Below are positions 9,197-19,039 of a stretch of 59,097 nucleotides of DNA, one piece after another. The position numbers and the translations under genes are program-made. This stretch comes from Candidatus Omnitrophota bacterium (GTDB lineage: Bacteria; Omnitrophota; Gorgyraeia; JAFGHF01). Location: contig JBHPFV010000007.1 of assembly GCA_042571705.1 (NCBI GenBank), forward strand, positions 1-59,097, given 5' to 3'. The first letter of the stretch is position 1. Each line of letters begins with the position of its first letter. The notes under the pieces are model-generated. The model saw nothing but the letters and a program-made list of their open reading frames with translations. It was not told the origin of the DNA and did no database searches.

Positions 9197-10300
9197 TTAA
9201 GACATGGCGTTTAGGAAATCGCGATAATTAAAGCGGCGGACGACATCGACCTTGCCGTTGAGTCTTTTTATTACGATCGCCGGCATCTGCAATCCATTAA
9301 ACCAGTTCTTTTTCACCATGGTATAGCCGGCGGCATCAGCAAATTTAATCGTGCTGCCCACTTTCAACCGTGACTTAAACCTAAACGTCCCGAATATATC
9401 ACCGGCTAAGCAAGAACGGCCGGCGACCATATATTTGAATCGGCCGCGGGCGCAGTTCGCTATTTTGGCCTGTTCACGGTAAACCAACAAATCCAGCATA
9501 TGCGCCTCAATTGAGGCGTCGACAATAGCGATATCAATTTTGTTGCGGACGATATCTAAAACCTTAGTGACCAATTCGGCTGATTCGGTGATCACGCTTT
9601 CCCCGGGCTCTAAATACACCTGCAGTTTAAAGCGCCGGGCGAACTGTTTTAGTTTCCGGCAGAATTTATCCAGCGGATAACCCGGCTTGGTAAAATAAAG
9701 CCCGCCGCCTAAACTGACCCATTGCAGGCGGCTAAGTAGATCAGCATAGTTACGGCTGATATAATCAAGACTAGCGGAAAAACTCTTAAAATCAGCATTT
9801 TCGCAATTAAAGTGGAACATCACCCCATTGATAAAAGGCAGGGCCTCACGCAGGGACTTTTTCCCAATCACCCCCAGCCGGGAAAACTTACGCGCCGGGT
9901 CGGCTAAATCAAAGTCGGAATAGCTGACTTGAGGATTCAGCCGCAGGCCAACTTGCAAACCGCTGGTATAGGGGCGAAACTGCTTTAATTGAGCTACCGA
10001 GTTGAAAATAATTTTATCCACGAACCCGCTTAACTCTTTAATCTCTTCCTGAGCATAGCCAACCGAGTAGACTTGAGTTTCTTTGCCGAATTTCTGATAT
10101 CCTAAGCGGGCTTCATAAACAGAGCTGGAAGTTGTCCCGTCCATGTATTCTCTGATCAGCCCAAAGACGCTCCAGGTGGAAAAACATTTAAGCGCTAATA
10201 TGGATTTTGCCCCGGAAGCTCGCCTGATCCGCTTGATGACTTTCAGGTTCTTTAACAACCGGCGTTCATCGATTAAATAGTAAGGTGTCTCTTGGGCCAT
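9197..10300 (-). CDS. nspC: Carboxynorspermidine decarboxylase
   Basis: LALKCFSTW (PLP Lys), DLADPARKFSRLG, MFHFNCE, SCLAGD, YTMVKKNWFNG. Confidence 0.95.
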   Translation of the reverse strand: MAQETPYYLIDERRLLKNLKVIKRIRRASGAKSILALKCFSTWSVFGLIREYMDGTTSSSVYEARLGYQKFGKETQVYSVGYAQEEIKELSGFVDKIIFNSVAQLKQFRPYTSGLQVGLRLNPQVSYSDFDLADPARKFSRLGVIGKKSLREALPFINGVMFHFNCENADFKSFSASLDYISRNYADLLSRLQWVSLGGGLYFTKPGYPLDKFCRKLKQFARRFKLQVYLEPGESVITESAELVTKVLDIVRNKIDIAIVDASIEAHMLDLLVYREQAKIANCARGRFKYMVAGRSCLAGDIFGTFRFKSRLKVGSTIKFADAAGYTMVKKNWFNGLQMPAIVIKRLNGKVDVVRRFNYRDFLNAMS

Positions 10301-10303
10301 CTT

Positions 10304-11053
10304 TTATTTTAATTCCACCTTTGCCCCGGCGTCAAAAGGGTTGGTCCTGATCGCCAGAGAAAACAGATACGGATAATTAACCTTTAAATGTTCCATGTAG
10401 TTCAGCCATTCGGCAATCAAAAAATGATAAACTCTTTTGATGTCTGCTTCCAGATGCTGATAATCCGCATCCGCCAGCCCGCTCAATTTCCTTCTGTGGA
10501 TCAACTCCTCGGTTAAATGAAATACCGCCCAGAGCAGGTTGGTGAATGACTCATGCTCCAGCAGATTAGGATTTTCCAGGAGATTCAATAAAAACTGCCT
10601 TTTTTCTCTTAAGAAAATTTTAATCTCCTCTAAGTCTCCTCTTTTGCTGTCAATCTTATACTGGTGGCGCTTGATGTTTTTGCTGATTTTTAAAAACTCT
10701 TTTTCAGACCAGTCATTAGCAATCACCAGTTTTTGGGTAATTTTATAAGCCTCAACATCAAAAACGGAAAAGGTCTTCAGTAACTCTGTGCCCACTTCGC
10801 TAAAAAAAGCCCCGATCACCATGTTTAATTTGTTCAGCAGCGCCTTCTTTTCCCGGTAATGCAGCAGCTGGTGCAAGACCAAAGTCACTAACAGGACCTC
10901 AAAGAAAACAAAGGCGATATCCCCGATCAGATAGATAAAGATATGATGGATGTCCCTGAAAATAACGTAATGGATATAATAAACCAACACCGAGAGCGCA
11001 ACTAGAATTAACCCCAGAGCTATCTGCCAGCTGGAACTACGTTTGATCATCAA
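10304..11053 (-). CDS. Conserved hypothetical membrane protein (2 TM plus helical domain)
   Basis: N-terminal TMs; KLNMVIGAFFSEVG, LLENPNLLEHESFT, YPYLFSLAIRTNPF look like a conserved family. Confidence 0.7.
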   Translation of the reverse strand: MMIKRSSSWQIALGLILVALSVLVYYIHYVIFRDIHHIFIYLIGDIAFVFFEVLLVTLVLHQLLHYREKKALLNKLNMVIGAFFSEVGTELLKTFSVFDVEAYKITQKLVIANDWSEKEFLKISKNIKRHQYKIDSKRGDLEEIKIFLREKRQFLLNLLENPNLLEHESFTNLLWAVFHLTEELIHRRKLSGLADADYQHLEADIKRVYHFLIAEWLNYMEHLKVNYPYLFSLAIRTNPFDAGAKVELK

Positions 11054-11222
11054 ACAATCCTTTCATGTGCGCAATTGCCGTTCTAAGCTATTGCCCTAGA
11101 CAAATGATTTTACCCTAAACTCAAACGGCTTGCAACTTCTTTTTATTATCCGTCATTTTTCCTTTTGTTTTTCATGAACTTGTGTTACAATCTCTTAACA
11201 AGCATAGAGTTAGGAGAATTGG

Positions 11223-13985
11223 ATGCTGTTAGTAATCTTTTTGCTGATTGTGGCCACAGTGGGCGCGATTGTTTATGGTTTAAGTCTGATTGATCAGCCG
11301 GATCAAGATGAACAGCAAACAGTTAAAGGCCGAAAACCTAAAACTGGCGCCTCAATCCAAGCCAAATATGATCAGTTAAAAATAGAATTTGAGGATCTGC
11401 GGAAGGAGTTATCCGCTAACTCCGGCGTCAATGATGAGTTAGAAAAGTTAAAACAGCAGCAGCAAAAAGATCAGGAAGAATTAGTTACTCTACAAAAAGA
11501 TAACTCTAACTTGAAAAGGCTGAAACAAAAAGAGCATGGAAAAGTAGAGTTTCAGCTAAACGAAAACGCCAGGATCAATAAAGAACTTTTAAAGAACGAG
11601 CAAGCCCGGGAAGAGCAGGCCGCAAAGAACTCTGAGTTACAGAACAAGATACAAGAGTTAACTAAAGAATTAGAGTTGCTGCAGGAAAAACTGACCAAGA
11701 AAAAGCCTTCCAAGAAAACTGCCGCGAAAAAAGAAACAACTCAAGAACAACCACCGCCAGAGCCTGAAAAGCCGGACCCCATCCCGGAACAACCCCAACC
11801 GGAAAAAGAAGTCAGCACCCCGCTTGAGTCTACCATTACAGAACCGCACCCGTTAAAACCGCAAGAACCAAAACCAGAGCAGCAACCTGTTGTCGAAGTA
11901 GACTTAACTAAGATCCGGAATATCGGCATCGTGGCGCATATCGATGCCGGCAAGACCACCACCACGGAAAGAATCCTCTATTTTACCGGCAAATCCCATA
12001 AAATTGGCGAAGTTCATGACGGCAAGGCCCAAATGGATTGGATGAAACAAGAACAGGAACGCGGGATTACCATCACCTCCGCGGCCACCACCTGCTACTG
12101 GAATGAAAACAGAATTAATATTATTGATACGCCCGGACATGTTGACTTTACCGCCGAAGTTGAGCGCAGCCTGCGCGTGCTTGACGGCGCGGTGGTGCTC
12201 TTCTGCGCTGTGGCCGGAGTGGAACCGCAATCCGAGACGGTCTGGCATCAGTCTAACAAATACCATGTCCCCAAGATCGCGTTTGTGAACAAAATGGACC
12301 GCACCAGCGCGGATTATTTTGCGGCCTTAAAGGACATCGAGGATAAGCTCGGGGCCAATGCTGTGCCATTAGTCATACCTTTAGGCAAAGAACGCGATTT
12401 CCGCGGCTGCATTGACCTGATCGAACTTAAGGCCTATGCCTATGATGACCCTCAAGGAAAAGATGTTACCATCATGGAGATACCTCAGGAATATCAGGAG
12501 AGCGCGGCAAAATACCGTAATATAATGATTGAGCGGGTTGCCGCGGAAGATGAGGCATTAATGAAAAAGTTCCTGGATTCTCCCGATTCCATAACCGCGG
12601 ATGAATTGCATCAGGCGATCCGCAAACGCACCATTGCTAATTCAATAGTGCCGGTGCTCTGCGGCTCCTCCTTCAAGAACAAGGGCGTGCAAAAATTACT
12701 CGACGCGGTTGCGCTATATCTACCCTCCCCTCTGGACTTACCTGCCATCAAGGGGCACGACCCCGACAATCCGCAAAACATAGTGGAGATAAAACAAGAT
12801 ATCGACCAGCCGCTTTGCGCCTTGGCCTTTAAAGTTCAGTCTGACCCACATATCGGTAAGCTTGTATACACCAGGATTTATGCCGGAGTGCTCCAGGCAG
12901 GTTCTTACGTGCTCAACCTGACCACGCAAAAAAAAGAACGGGTAGGTAGAATTCTTCAGATGCACGCCAACCAAAGAGAAATTCGCGAACAGGCCTACGC
13001 CGGTGAAATTGTCGCCCTGGTCGGCCTGACCAAGACCAAGACCGCAGACACAATCTGTGACCCTGATCATCCGGTGTTGCTGGAAAGCATGAAGTTCTCC
13101 AAGCCGGTAATCTCGGTAAGCATTGCTCCGGAAAGCAGGTCCGACCGGGACAAACTTGGTAAAGGATTGGCCCGGCTTTTAGAAGAAGACCCGACCCTAA
13201 TGGTCAAGCAAGATAAAGAAACAGAAGAAACTATTCTCTCCGGGATGGGAGAACTGCATTTGCAAATCATTGTCTCCAGATTGAAAGAAGAGTTTAAAGT
13301 GGCCGCTATCACCGGACAGCCAAAAGTCGCTTACAAAGAGACAATTTTAGAATCGGCCAGCGGTGAATATAAACATGCCAAACAGACCGGCGGTCGAGGC
13401 CAATATGGCCACGTCGTGTTTGAAATGGCGCCTCTGGAACGCGGTCAGGAATTTGAGTTTACCGATAGTATCAAAGGCGGGGCGATCCCTAAATCATATA
13501 TCCCGGCGGTAAAGAAGGGCATTCTTGAGATAATGCAAAAAGGGGTCTACGCCAAATATCCTGTAGTCGATGTCAGCGTCAATCTCGTTGATGGCTCATT
13601 TCATGAAGTCGACTCATCAGAAATAGCGTTTAAACTGGCCTCGATCGCTTGCTTTAAGCAAACCTTCCTCAAGGCCAAGCCGATACTGCTTGAGCCCTAC
13701 ATGACGCTGGAGGTCAACACCCCGGAAGATTATTTAAACAGCATTGTTGGTTATATCTGCTCGAAAAGAGGAAAGATCTTAGGCATGGACGCCAAGGGTA
13801 AGAACAAAGTAATTTCCGCGGAGGCCCCGCTGGCTGAGATGTTTGGATACGCGACCACATTTCGCTCATTGAGTAACGGCCGGGCAAACGCGACCATGGA
13901 ATTTAAAAAATATGAGCCGGTACCGAGTGAAATTATCGCAACGATTTTAGAAGAAAGCAAAAAGGAAAAGAAAGACGAAAGTTGA
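11223..13985 (+). CDS. fusA: Elongation factor G paralogue with N-terminal TM anchor, coiled coil and Pro-rich linker
   Basis: EF-G from ~aa 227 (nt ~11898): [45 protein letters not shown]; one continuous ORF; AGGAG RBS before 11223. Confidence 0.92.
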   Translation: MLLVIFLLIVATVGAIVYGLSLIDQPDQDEQQTVKGRKPKTGASIQAKYDQLKIEFEDLRKELSANSGVNDELEKLKQQQQKDQEELVTLQKDNSNLKRLKQKEHGKVEFQLNENARINKELLKNEQAREEQAAKNSELQNKIQELTKELELLQEKLTKKKPSKKTAAKKETTQEQPPPEPEKPDPIPEQPQPEKEVSTPLESTITEPHPLKPQEPKPEQQPVVEVDLTKIRNIGIVAHIDAGKTTTTERILYFTGKSHKIGEVHDGKAQMDWMKQEQERGITITSAATTCYWNENRINIIDTPGHVDFTAEVERSLRVLDGAVVLFCAVAGVEPQSETVWHQSNKYHVPKIAFVNKMDRTSADYFAALKDIEDKLGANAVPLVIPLGKERDFRGCIDLIELKAYAYDDPQGKDVTIMEIPQEYQESAAKYRNIMIERVAAEDEALMKKFLDSPDSITADELHQAIRKRTIANSIVPVLCGSSFKNKGVQKLLDAVALYLPSPLDLPAIKGHDPDNPQNIVEIKQDIDQPLCALAFKVQSDPHIGKLVYTRIYAGVLQAGSYVLNLTTQKKERVGRILQMHANQREIREQAYAGEIVALVGLTKTKTADTICDPDHPVLLESMKFSKPVISVSIAPESRSDRDKLGKGLARLLEEDPTLMVKQDKETEETILSGMGELHLQIIVSRLKEEFKVAAITGQPKVAYKETILESASGEYKHAKQTGGRGQYGHVVFEMAPLERGQEFEFTDSIKGGAIPKSYIPAVKKGILEIMQKGVYAKYPVVDVSVNLVDGSFHEVDSSEIAFKLASIACFKQTFLKAKPILLEPYMTLEVNTPEDYLNSIVGYICSKRGKILGMDAKGKNKVISAEAPLAEMFGYATTFRSLSNGRANATMEFKKYEPVPSEIIATILEESKKEKKDES

Positions 13986-14039
13986 GGTTGTTTTACTCGT
14001 TCAAACTCCCATCATAGCCTGGAAAGCAAGCTGCTCTCT

Positions 14040-14786
14040 TCAAAAAGAATATTCAAACGAAGATATTAACCGCAAATCATTTTCCTCGGCTCCCAGAGCG
14101 GGACTCGAGTTATAATCATCGATTAAACTAAGATTCAACGATAGTTTATCAGACAGCGGATTAGTGAATGTTGTTTCTGAACGCAGTCTATAGTCAGTTA
14201 GGTCATCTAAGGTAAGATAAAAATATAAGTTTTGCAAAATCTTGGCATTCCCAAAGAGATTTTTTTCAAAAAATATCCTGGGAACGACAATTGCCTCATC
14301 GCTATCATCTGCTGGGCTTCGATAAACCGCGTGCTCCAATCCAAACCCTACCTCAGCCAAAAGCTTAAGATCGGCTAAATCATAAAACCAATAACCAACC
14401 CCTGCTGCGGGAATGAGCCTGTAGTCAAGATTGGCGAATCTATCGTGGCTGGCTTCGAACTTATAGAAATTATACCATTTTTTCTCTTGCCCAAAACTAA
14501 ACGCGTAGCGGGCCATGGCGTACCATTTTTGCGCGTCCATTTGCTCATTTGATGAAGAATAAAAGGCATTAGCTTCTAAAGTAAATTCGTTGAGCTGTTC
14601 TATTTTTCTATTAGCCAATAGATTCATAAATAATTGGCTGGCCTTGGTATTGCCGCTGGATTTATTGTATCCTAAAGAAACTTTTCTTTGCCAGATTACT
14701 TCTTTTTCCACTTCAGCTAGAGCGGTGGTTTCCTGTAAGATTAAAAAAGTAACAAGAATTATGGGCAAACCATACTTAATCGCCAT
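14040..14786 (-). CDS. DUF481/YdiY-like outer-membrane beta-barrel protein
   Basis: Signal peptide (ALA-E), LGYNKSSGNT, HDRFANLDYR..GVGY, terminal aromatic YSF. Confidence 0.8.
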   Translation of the reverse strand: MAIKYGLPIILVTFLILQETTALAEVEKEVIWQRKVSLGYNKSSGNTKASQLFMNLLANRKIEQLNEFTLEANAFYSSSNEQMDAQKWYAMARYAFSFGQEKKWYNFYKFEASHDRFANLDYRLIPAAGVGYWFYDLADLKLLAEVGFGLEHAVYRSPADDSDEAIVVPRIFFEKNLFGNAKILQNLYFYLTLDDLTDYRLRSETTFTNPLSDKLSLNLSLIDDYNSSPALGAEENDLRLISSFEYSF

Positions 14787-14883
14787 GATAATTAATTTTT
14801 TTATTAAACATACTCTGGCCCAGGAAGGAATTGGGAAAATTAACTCCAGGTTTATCGGGACAGCGTCTTGTTATTAGCGGCTG

Positions 14884-15039
14884 CTATCCTTTGCGCTTCG
14901 AAAAGCACTCTTTGCAGTATACCGGACGGTCTCCGCTGGGCTTAAAAGGGACTTCGCATTCTTTTTTACATTCTGCGCATGTCGCCTTGTGCATCTCTCG
15001 CGGATTCCCGCCATACCCACCACTTTGTCCAAACGCCAT
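14884..15039 (-). CDS. 51-aa CxxC-x17-CxxC zinc-ribbon protein (not in the ORF track)
   Basis: MAFGQSGGYGGNPREMHKATCAECKKECEVPFKPSGDRPVYCKECFSKRKG; AAGGAGGAGG RBS. Confidence 0.9.
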   Translation of the reverse strand: MAFGQSGGYGGNPREMHKATCAECKKECEVPFKPSGDRPVYCKECFSKRKG

Positions 15040-15075
15040 GTTGCCTCCTCCTTTTTTAGTTTCCGATCCAAATAT

Positions 15076-15498
15076 TTAAGCGCGTTTTTTTCTACGCGCG
15101 AAGAATGGCTCCTTTTTTTTAACGGGCTTTTGTCTTTTCTGAGGCTGCCTTTTATTTGAAAAACATTCCTTGCAATATACCGGACGGTCTGCGCTGGGCT
15201 TGAACGGAATTTCGCATTCTTTGTTGCAGTCCGCGCAAATAGCCCGAGTATAAGTTCTTTCCCTGGGACCGCTGCCTGGCCTTTCTCTGTCCTGGCGATG
15301 AGAGTGATTGAAGCGCCGGAAAGGCTTTGGGGAATAGCTTTTCTCAAAAGGCCTTTTTGAAGACTGGCTGATTAAGACATCCAGCTTCACCTCCATGGCG
15401 CTCAACTGCCGCTGCACTTTATTGATCAGGCCAGCCAGGCCCGATTCATCCCGGGCGGCTGCGGCTAATGAACTTTTACGTTTAAAACTTTTTTTCAT
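15076..15498 (-). CDS. Coiled-coil plus CxxC-x17-CxxC domain protein
   Basis: CADCNKECEIPFKPSADRPVYCKEC; basic tails. Confidence 0.85.
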   Translation of the reverse strand: MKKSFKRKSSLAAAARDESGLAGLINKVQRQLSAMEVKLDVLISQSSKRPFEKSYSPKPFRRFNHSHRQDRERPGSGPRERTYTRAICADCNKECEIPFKPSADRPVYCKECFSNKRQPQKRQKPVKKKEPFFARRKKRA

Positions 15499-15513
15499 CT
15501 TGTCCCTCTCTTT

Positions 15514-16110
15514 TTACTCTAAGGTAAACCGGCCAAAAAGATCCAGGCCTAATTTTTCAAAAAGCTGATCAAGTTTGATCATCGGCAAGCCTAATATATT
15601 ATAGAATGAGCCCGCGATATTATCAAATATAAATGTCCCCGGGCCTTCTATTGAAAAACCGCCGGCCTTATCATAAGGACCGGATATCTTGATAAATTTA
15701 TCTTGTTTTTCGCGCGAGAGCCTCCTGACGCGGACCTTGGATACGTCAATCCCGCAGGCTGATTTTCCTGATTTTGCGTCTATTACGCAAAGGCCGGTAT
15801 AGACCAGGATTGTCTTTCCGGAGAAGGCCTTAAGCAGTGATCTGGCCTCTTTTTTCGTCTTTGGTTTTCCGATCAGACGATTTTTTACGAGAACAACGGT
15901 ATCGGCGCCGATAACAAAACCTTGCCTGTATCTATCCGCTATTCTTTCGGCCTTAACCCTGGCATTATGCAGGACGTTGAACCTCACCCCCCTTTTATGG
16001 TCCATCTTCTCCGGGACGTTACTGACAACCACCCGGTGTGGTATCCCGCATTCCTTAAGTATCTTGGAGCGCCTCTTTGACGCCGAAGCTAATATTATTT
16101 TGTCTTTCAT
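15514..16110 (-). CDS. maf: Maf family nucleotide pyrophosphatase
   Basis: ILASASKRR, IGADTVV, GKPK, DKAGGF, NILGLP. Confidence 0.93.
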   Translation of the reverse strand: MKDKIILASASKRRSKILKECGIPHRVVVSNVPEKMDHKRGVRFNVLHNARVKAERIADRYRQGFVIGADTVVLVKNRLIGKPKTKKEARSLLKAFSGKTILVYTGLCVIDAKSGKSACGIDVSKVRVRRLSREKQDKFIKISGPYDKAGGFSIEGPGTFIFDNIAGSFYNILGLPMIKLDQLFEKLGLDLFGRFTLE

Positions 16111-17342
16111 ATATTATCTCCGCAAACCCATCCCGTGGAAAATGCCGCCTGCATGTTGTATCCGCCTGTTTTGGCGTCTATGTCTATTACCTCACCCGCG
16201 AAAAAAAGTCCCTTGACCAGCCTTGATTCCATGGTCTTGGGGTTGAGCTCTTTTGTATTCACGCCGCCTCTTGTAACGATACCGTCTTTAATCGGCAGCA
16301 CACCTTTTACGGTTAACCTTAAGTCAAATAAGCCCGCAATCAGCCTTTTTCTTTCTTCGGCTGTGATTTGGCTGCTGTTCTTATTTTCGTTTATACTACA
16401 ATATTCAAGGAATCGTCCTATTATACCCTGGGGCAGGAGATTTTTAAATATATTTTTTATACTTTTTCTGGGGCCGGCCTTAAATTCGCGGAGCAGCCTG
16501 CGCTCGAGTTTTTTGTGGTCCAGGGCAGGTTTAAAGTTAATCGCTATCGTCGCCTGATTCTTGATTTTTAAGGCGTCATAGACTAAGGCGCTCAGATCAA
16601 GGACAACCGGACCCGACAAACCAAAATGAGTGAAGACCAGCTCTCCGAACCTTTGATCTATTTTTTCGCCTCCGGAAAAAAGTGTTAAGCGCGCATTCTT
16701 CAGTGAGATGCCCTGCCAGTCCCTGATAAATCTCTCTTTGATCAGGATCGGAGCCAGGGCCGGCTTTAAGGGTACGATCTGATGACCGAGCTGCTCAGCG
16801 ATCCTATATCCATCGCCGGTTGAACCTGTTCCAGGGTAGCAGAGACCTCCTGTGGTAATAGCAATACGCCTGGCCAAAATTTGCTTGCCGGAATATGTCC
16901 GCACGCCTTTTATTTTCTCATCTATTATAATGACCTCGCGCACGCGTTCGCTCAAGAGGCATTTAACATTTTTAGCCTTCAACTTTAATTTTAAAACATT
17001 CAGAATATCACTTGATCTATCGCTTGCCGGAAATACTCGAGAGCCGCGCTCCGTCTTAAGTTTAAGCCGGGCAGCTGCAAAGAATGAGATCAGCTCAGTG
17101 TTAAAAAACTGCGCGAAAGTGTTTCTCAGGAAATTGCGCGATTCAGAAAACTTCTCGAGAAAATCTCCAATGTCGCAGGAATTCGTAAGGTTGCAGCGGC
17201 CTTTGCCGGAAATCAGGAGTTTTTTGCCGGGGGTATCGTTGCGCTCAATGAGCAGGACTTTTCTTTTTCTTTCCGCGGCGCGGATCGCGGCCATCATCCC
17301 GGCCGGACCGGCCCCGATTATAATTGCCTCGAATTGCTCCAT
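16107..17342 (-). CDS. HI0933/BaiN/YhiN family flavoprotein
   Basis: GAGPAG, GKKLLISGKGRCNLTN, FTHFGLSGP, TGGYNMQAAFSTG; start at ATG 17342. Confidence 0.92.
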   Translation of the reverse strand: MEQFEAIIIGAGPAGMMAAIRAAERKRKVLLIERNDTPGKKLLISGKGRCNLTNSCDIGDFLEKFSESRNFLRNTFAQFFNTELISFFAAARLKLKTERGSRVFPASDRSSDILNVLKLKLKAKNVKCLLSERVREVIIIDEKIKGVRTYSGKQILARRIAITTGGLCYPGTGSTGDGYRIAEQLGHQIVPLKPALAPILIKERFIRDWQGISLKNARLTLFSGGEKIDQRFGELVFTHFGLSGPVVLDLSALVYDALKIKNQATIAINFKPALDHKKLERRLLREFKAGPRKSIKNIFKNLLPQGIIGRFLEYCSINENKNSSQITAEERKRLIAGLFDLRLTVKGVLPIKDGIVTRGGVNTKELNPKTMESRLVKGLFFAGEVIDIDAKTGGYNMQAAFSTGWVCGDNI

Positions 17343-17359
17343 AGCAAGATATCCCTTAT

Positions 17360-17387
17360 TTGACAATATAGCACATTATAGTATAAT
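17360..17387 (+). promoter_or_regulatory. Sigma70 promoter of dusB, overlapping a divergent -10 for the flavoprotein gene
   Basis: TTGACA-16-TATAAT ending 7 nt before ATG 17395; TATAAT on the minus strand at 17375-17380. Confidence 0.7.
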
Positions 17388-17394
17388 AATCCTC

Positions 17395-18345
17395 ATGAAT
17401 CCAAAAATATATTTGGCCCCGATGTCTGGCATAACTGACCTGGCCTTTAGGCTGATCAGCCGCAAATTAGGCGCCGGACATTGCTTTTTCGAGATGCTCG
17501 ATGCAAAATCCGTAATTTATGGCCATCCGAAAAACCAGCGCCTGCTCAAGACCCTTAAGCAAGACGCGCCGTTGGCCGGGCAATTGGTCGGCGCCGACCC
17601 CGCCGTAATGCTGGATGCCGCCGAAAAGCTGTTCAGCCTTGTTGATCTATCCTTTTTGGATATAAACAGCGCCTGTCCGGCAAAGAAAATAATAAAAAAA
17701 GGCGCCGGGGCGGCCCTATTAAAAGATCCAGCCAGGCTGGGGAAAATCATTAAGAAATTGACTCAGAAACTGCAGCTGCCGGTCACAGTTAAGTTAAGGA
17801 CCGGCTTTAATAAAAGAGATCTCCGGGAAAGCGTGCGCACCGCTAAAATCTGCCAGGCCAACGGCGCGGCCACCGTCTTTATACACGGCCGGACCAGGTC
17901 GCAAGGGTATTCCGGAGATATCGACTATAAAACGATCAAGGCTGTGAAAACGGCCTTAAACATACCTGTATTCGGCAGCGGAAATATCTTTAACCCTTTG
18001 TTGGCTAAAAGAATGCTTGATGAAACAGGATGCGACGGGATTCTGGTAGCCCGGGGCGCGCTGGGCAATCCCTGGATATTCAAAAATATTGAGCGCTATC
18101 TGAAAAATGGTCAGCACCCTCCCTCACTGAGTCTACCCATAAAGAAAAAGGTCCTCAAGGCCCACCTGAGCTTAATAGAAAAATATAAGGATATCCGAGA
18201 CACTAATAAGATCGGTTTTATGGGCAAGGTCACGATGTGGTATTTAAAAGGCCTTTATCATGCCACAAGAATCCGCGAACAGATCTGCAAGGTCAGCTCA
18301 TATCAGGAATTGATTAATTTGATTGACCGCGTAGATAGGCCTTAA
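17395..18345 (+). CDS. dusB: tRNA-dihydrouridine synthase
   Basis: LAPMSGITD, DINSACP (catalytic Cys), GAGAALL, VTVKLRTG, IHGRT, ARGALGNPWIF; real start 17395, not 16852. Confidence 0.9.
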   Translation: MNPKIYLAPMSGITDLAFRLISRKLGAGHCFFEMLDAKSVIYGHPKNQRLLKTLKQDAPLAGQLVGADPAVMLDAAEKLFSLVDLSFLDINSACPAKKIIKKGAGAALLKDPARLGKIIKKLTQKLQLPVTVKLRTGFNKRDLRESVRTAKICQANGAATVFIHGRTRSQGYSGDIDYKTIKAVKTALNIPVFGSGNIFNPLLAKRMLDETGCDGILVARGALGNPWIFKNIERYLKNGQHPPSLSLPIKKKVLKAHLSLIEKYKDIRDTNKIGFMGKVTMWYLKGLYHATRIREQICKVSSYQELINLIDRVDRP

Positions 18346-19039
18346 ATAAAAGCTCTATTTCCTGGAGGGCGCCCTGGTCTATTGAAAAACTCGCCGACTG
18401 GGCAAAAGAATCAAGGTTGATCAGCGCGTTAAGCGTAGCGTCTTGAATCTTAATATTTGCCAGTCTGTTGAAAAAATTTTTATTTACTATTATCACCTCT
18501 GCGTAAATTTTAACCAGATCTTTCAATTCCCAGTCCGCAGGTTTACTTTGTTTGCGCAAAAAATACTGGGCCAGCAAATACATCGAGATCACGCGATATC
18601 TTGTCTCCCCAGGTGTGGCAAAGGGCAAATGATACCGGACCATTGGTTTGAATTTCTCCATAATCGGGCATCCGCTGGCAGCCATATAGATACCCATCAA
18701 AGAACTCAAGCCCTTCTGCAATGAGACGCGCTTGGCATACCTTCTGCCCCCGGCGTCTACTTCTACATCAACCTCTGTATAGGATATCAAATTTTTGCAA
18801 AAAGTTATCAGATCGATCAGGGCCACCGCGGCCGGGCAAAATTTATGTTTTTGTTCATCTAAGGGGCAGTTGGGACATTGAGAACATTTTAGTTCTGACC
18901 ACTGAGGATACGTTTCTTGGGCCGGCTGGATTAAATCGAGGGTTTTATTATCGAGCTGGACATTAAACTCTTTTTCCGTGCCGTCGTCGAATGTAAATTT
19001 ATAATTATAGGTAATTATGTTGGCGGAGTTCTGGCTCAT
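18314..19039 (-). CDS. Cys-rich conserved hypothetical protein (DUF6901-like)
   Basis: QCPNCPL..CP, SSLMGIYMAASGCP, PMVRYHLPFA, SMYLLAQYF; translationally coupled to the kinase. Confidence 0.65.
   Translation of the reverse strand: MSQNSANIITYNYKFTFDDGTEKEFNVQLDNKTLDLIQPAQETYPQWSELKCSQCPNCPLDEQKHKFCPAAVALIDLITFCKNLISYTEVDVEVDAGGRRYAKRVSLQKGLSSLMGIYMAASGCPIMEKFKPMVRYHLPFATPGETRYRVISMYLLAQYFLRKQSKPADWELKDLVKIYAEVIIVNKNFFNRLANIKIQDATLNALINLDSFAQSASFSIDQGALQEIELLFKAYLRGQSN

Noticed and set aside
14874-15347. 157-aa minus-strand ORF
   Set aside because: Alternative frame across two real CxxC-x17-CxxC genes
16852-17394. N-terminal extension of the 497-aa ORF
   Set aside because: It is antisense to the flavoprotein gene; Dus homology and a promoter place the start at 17395
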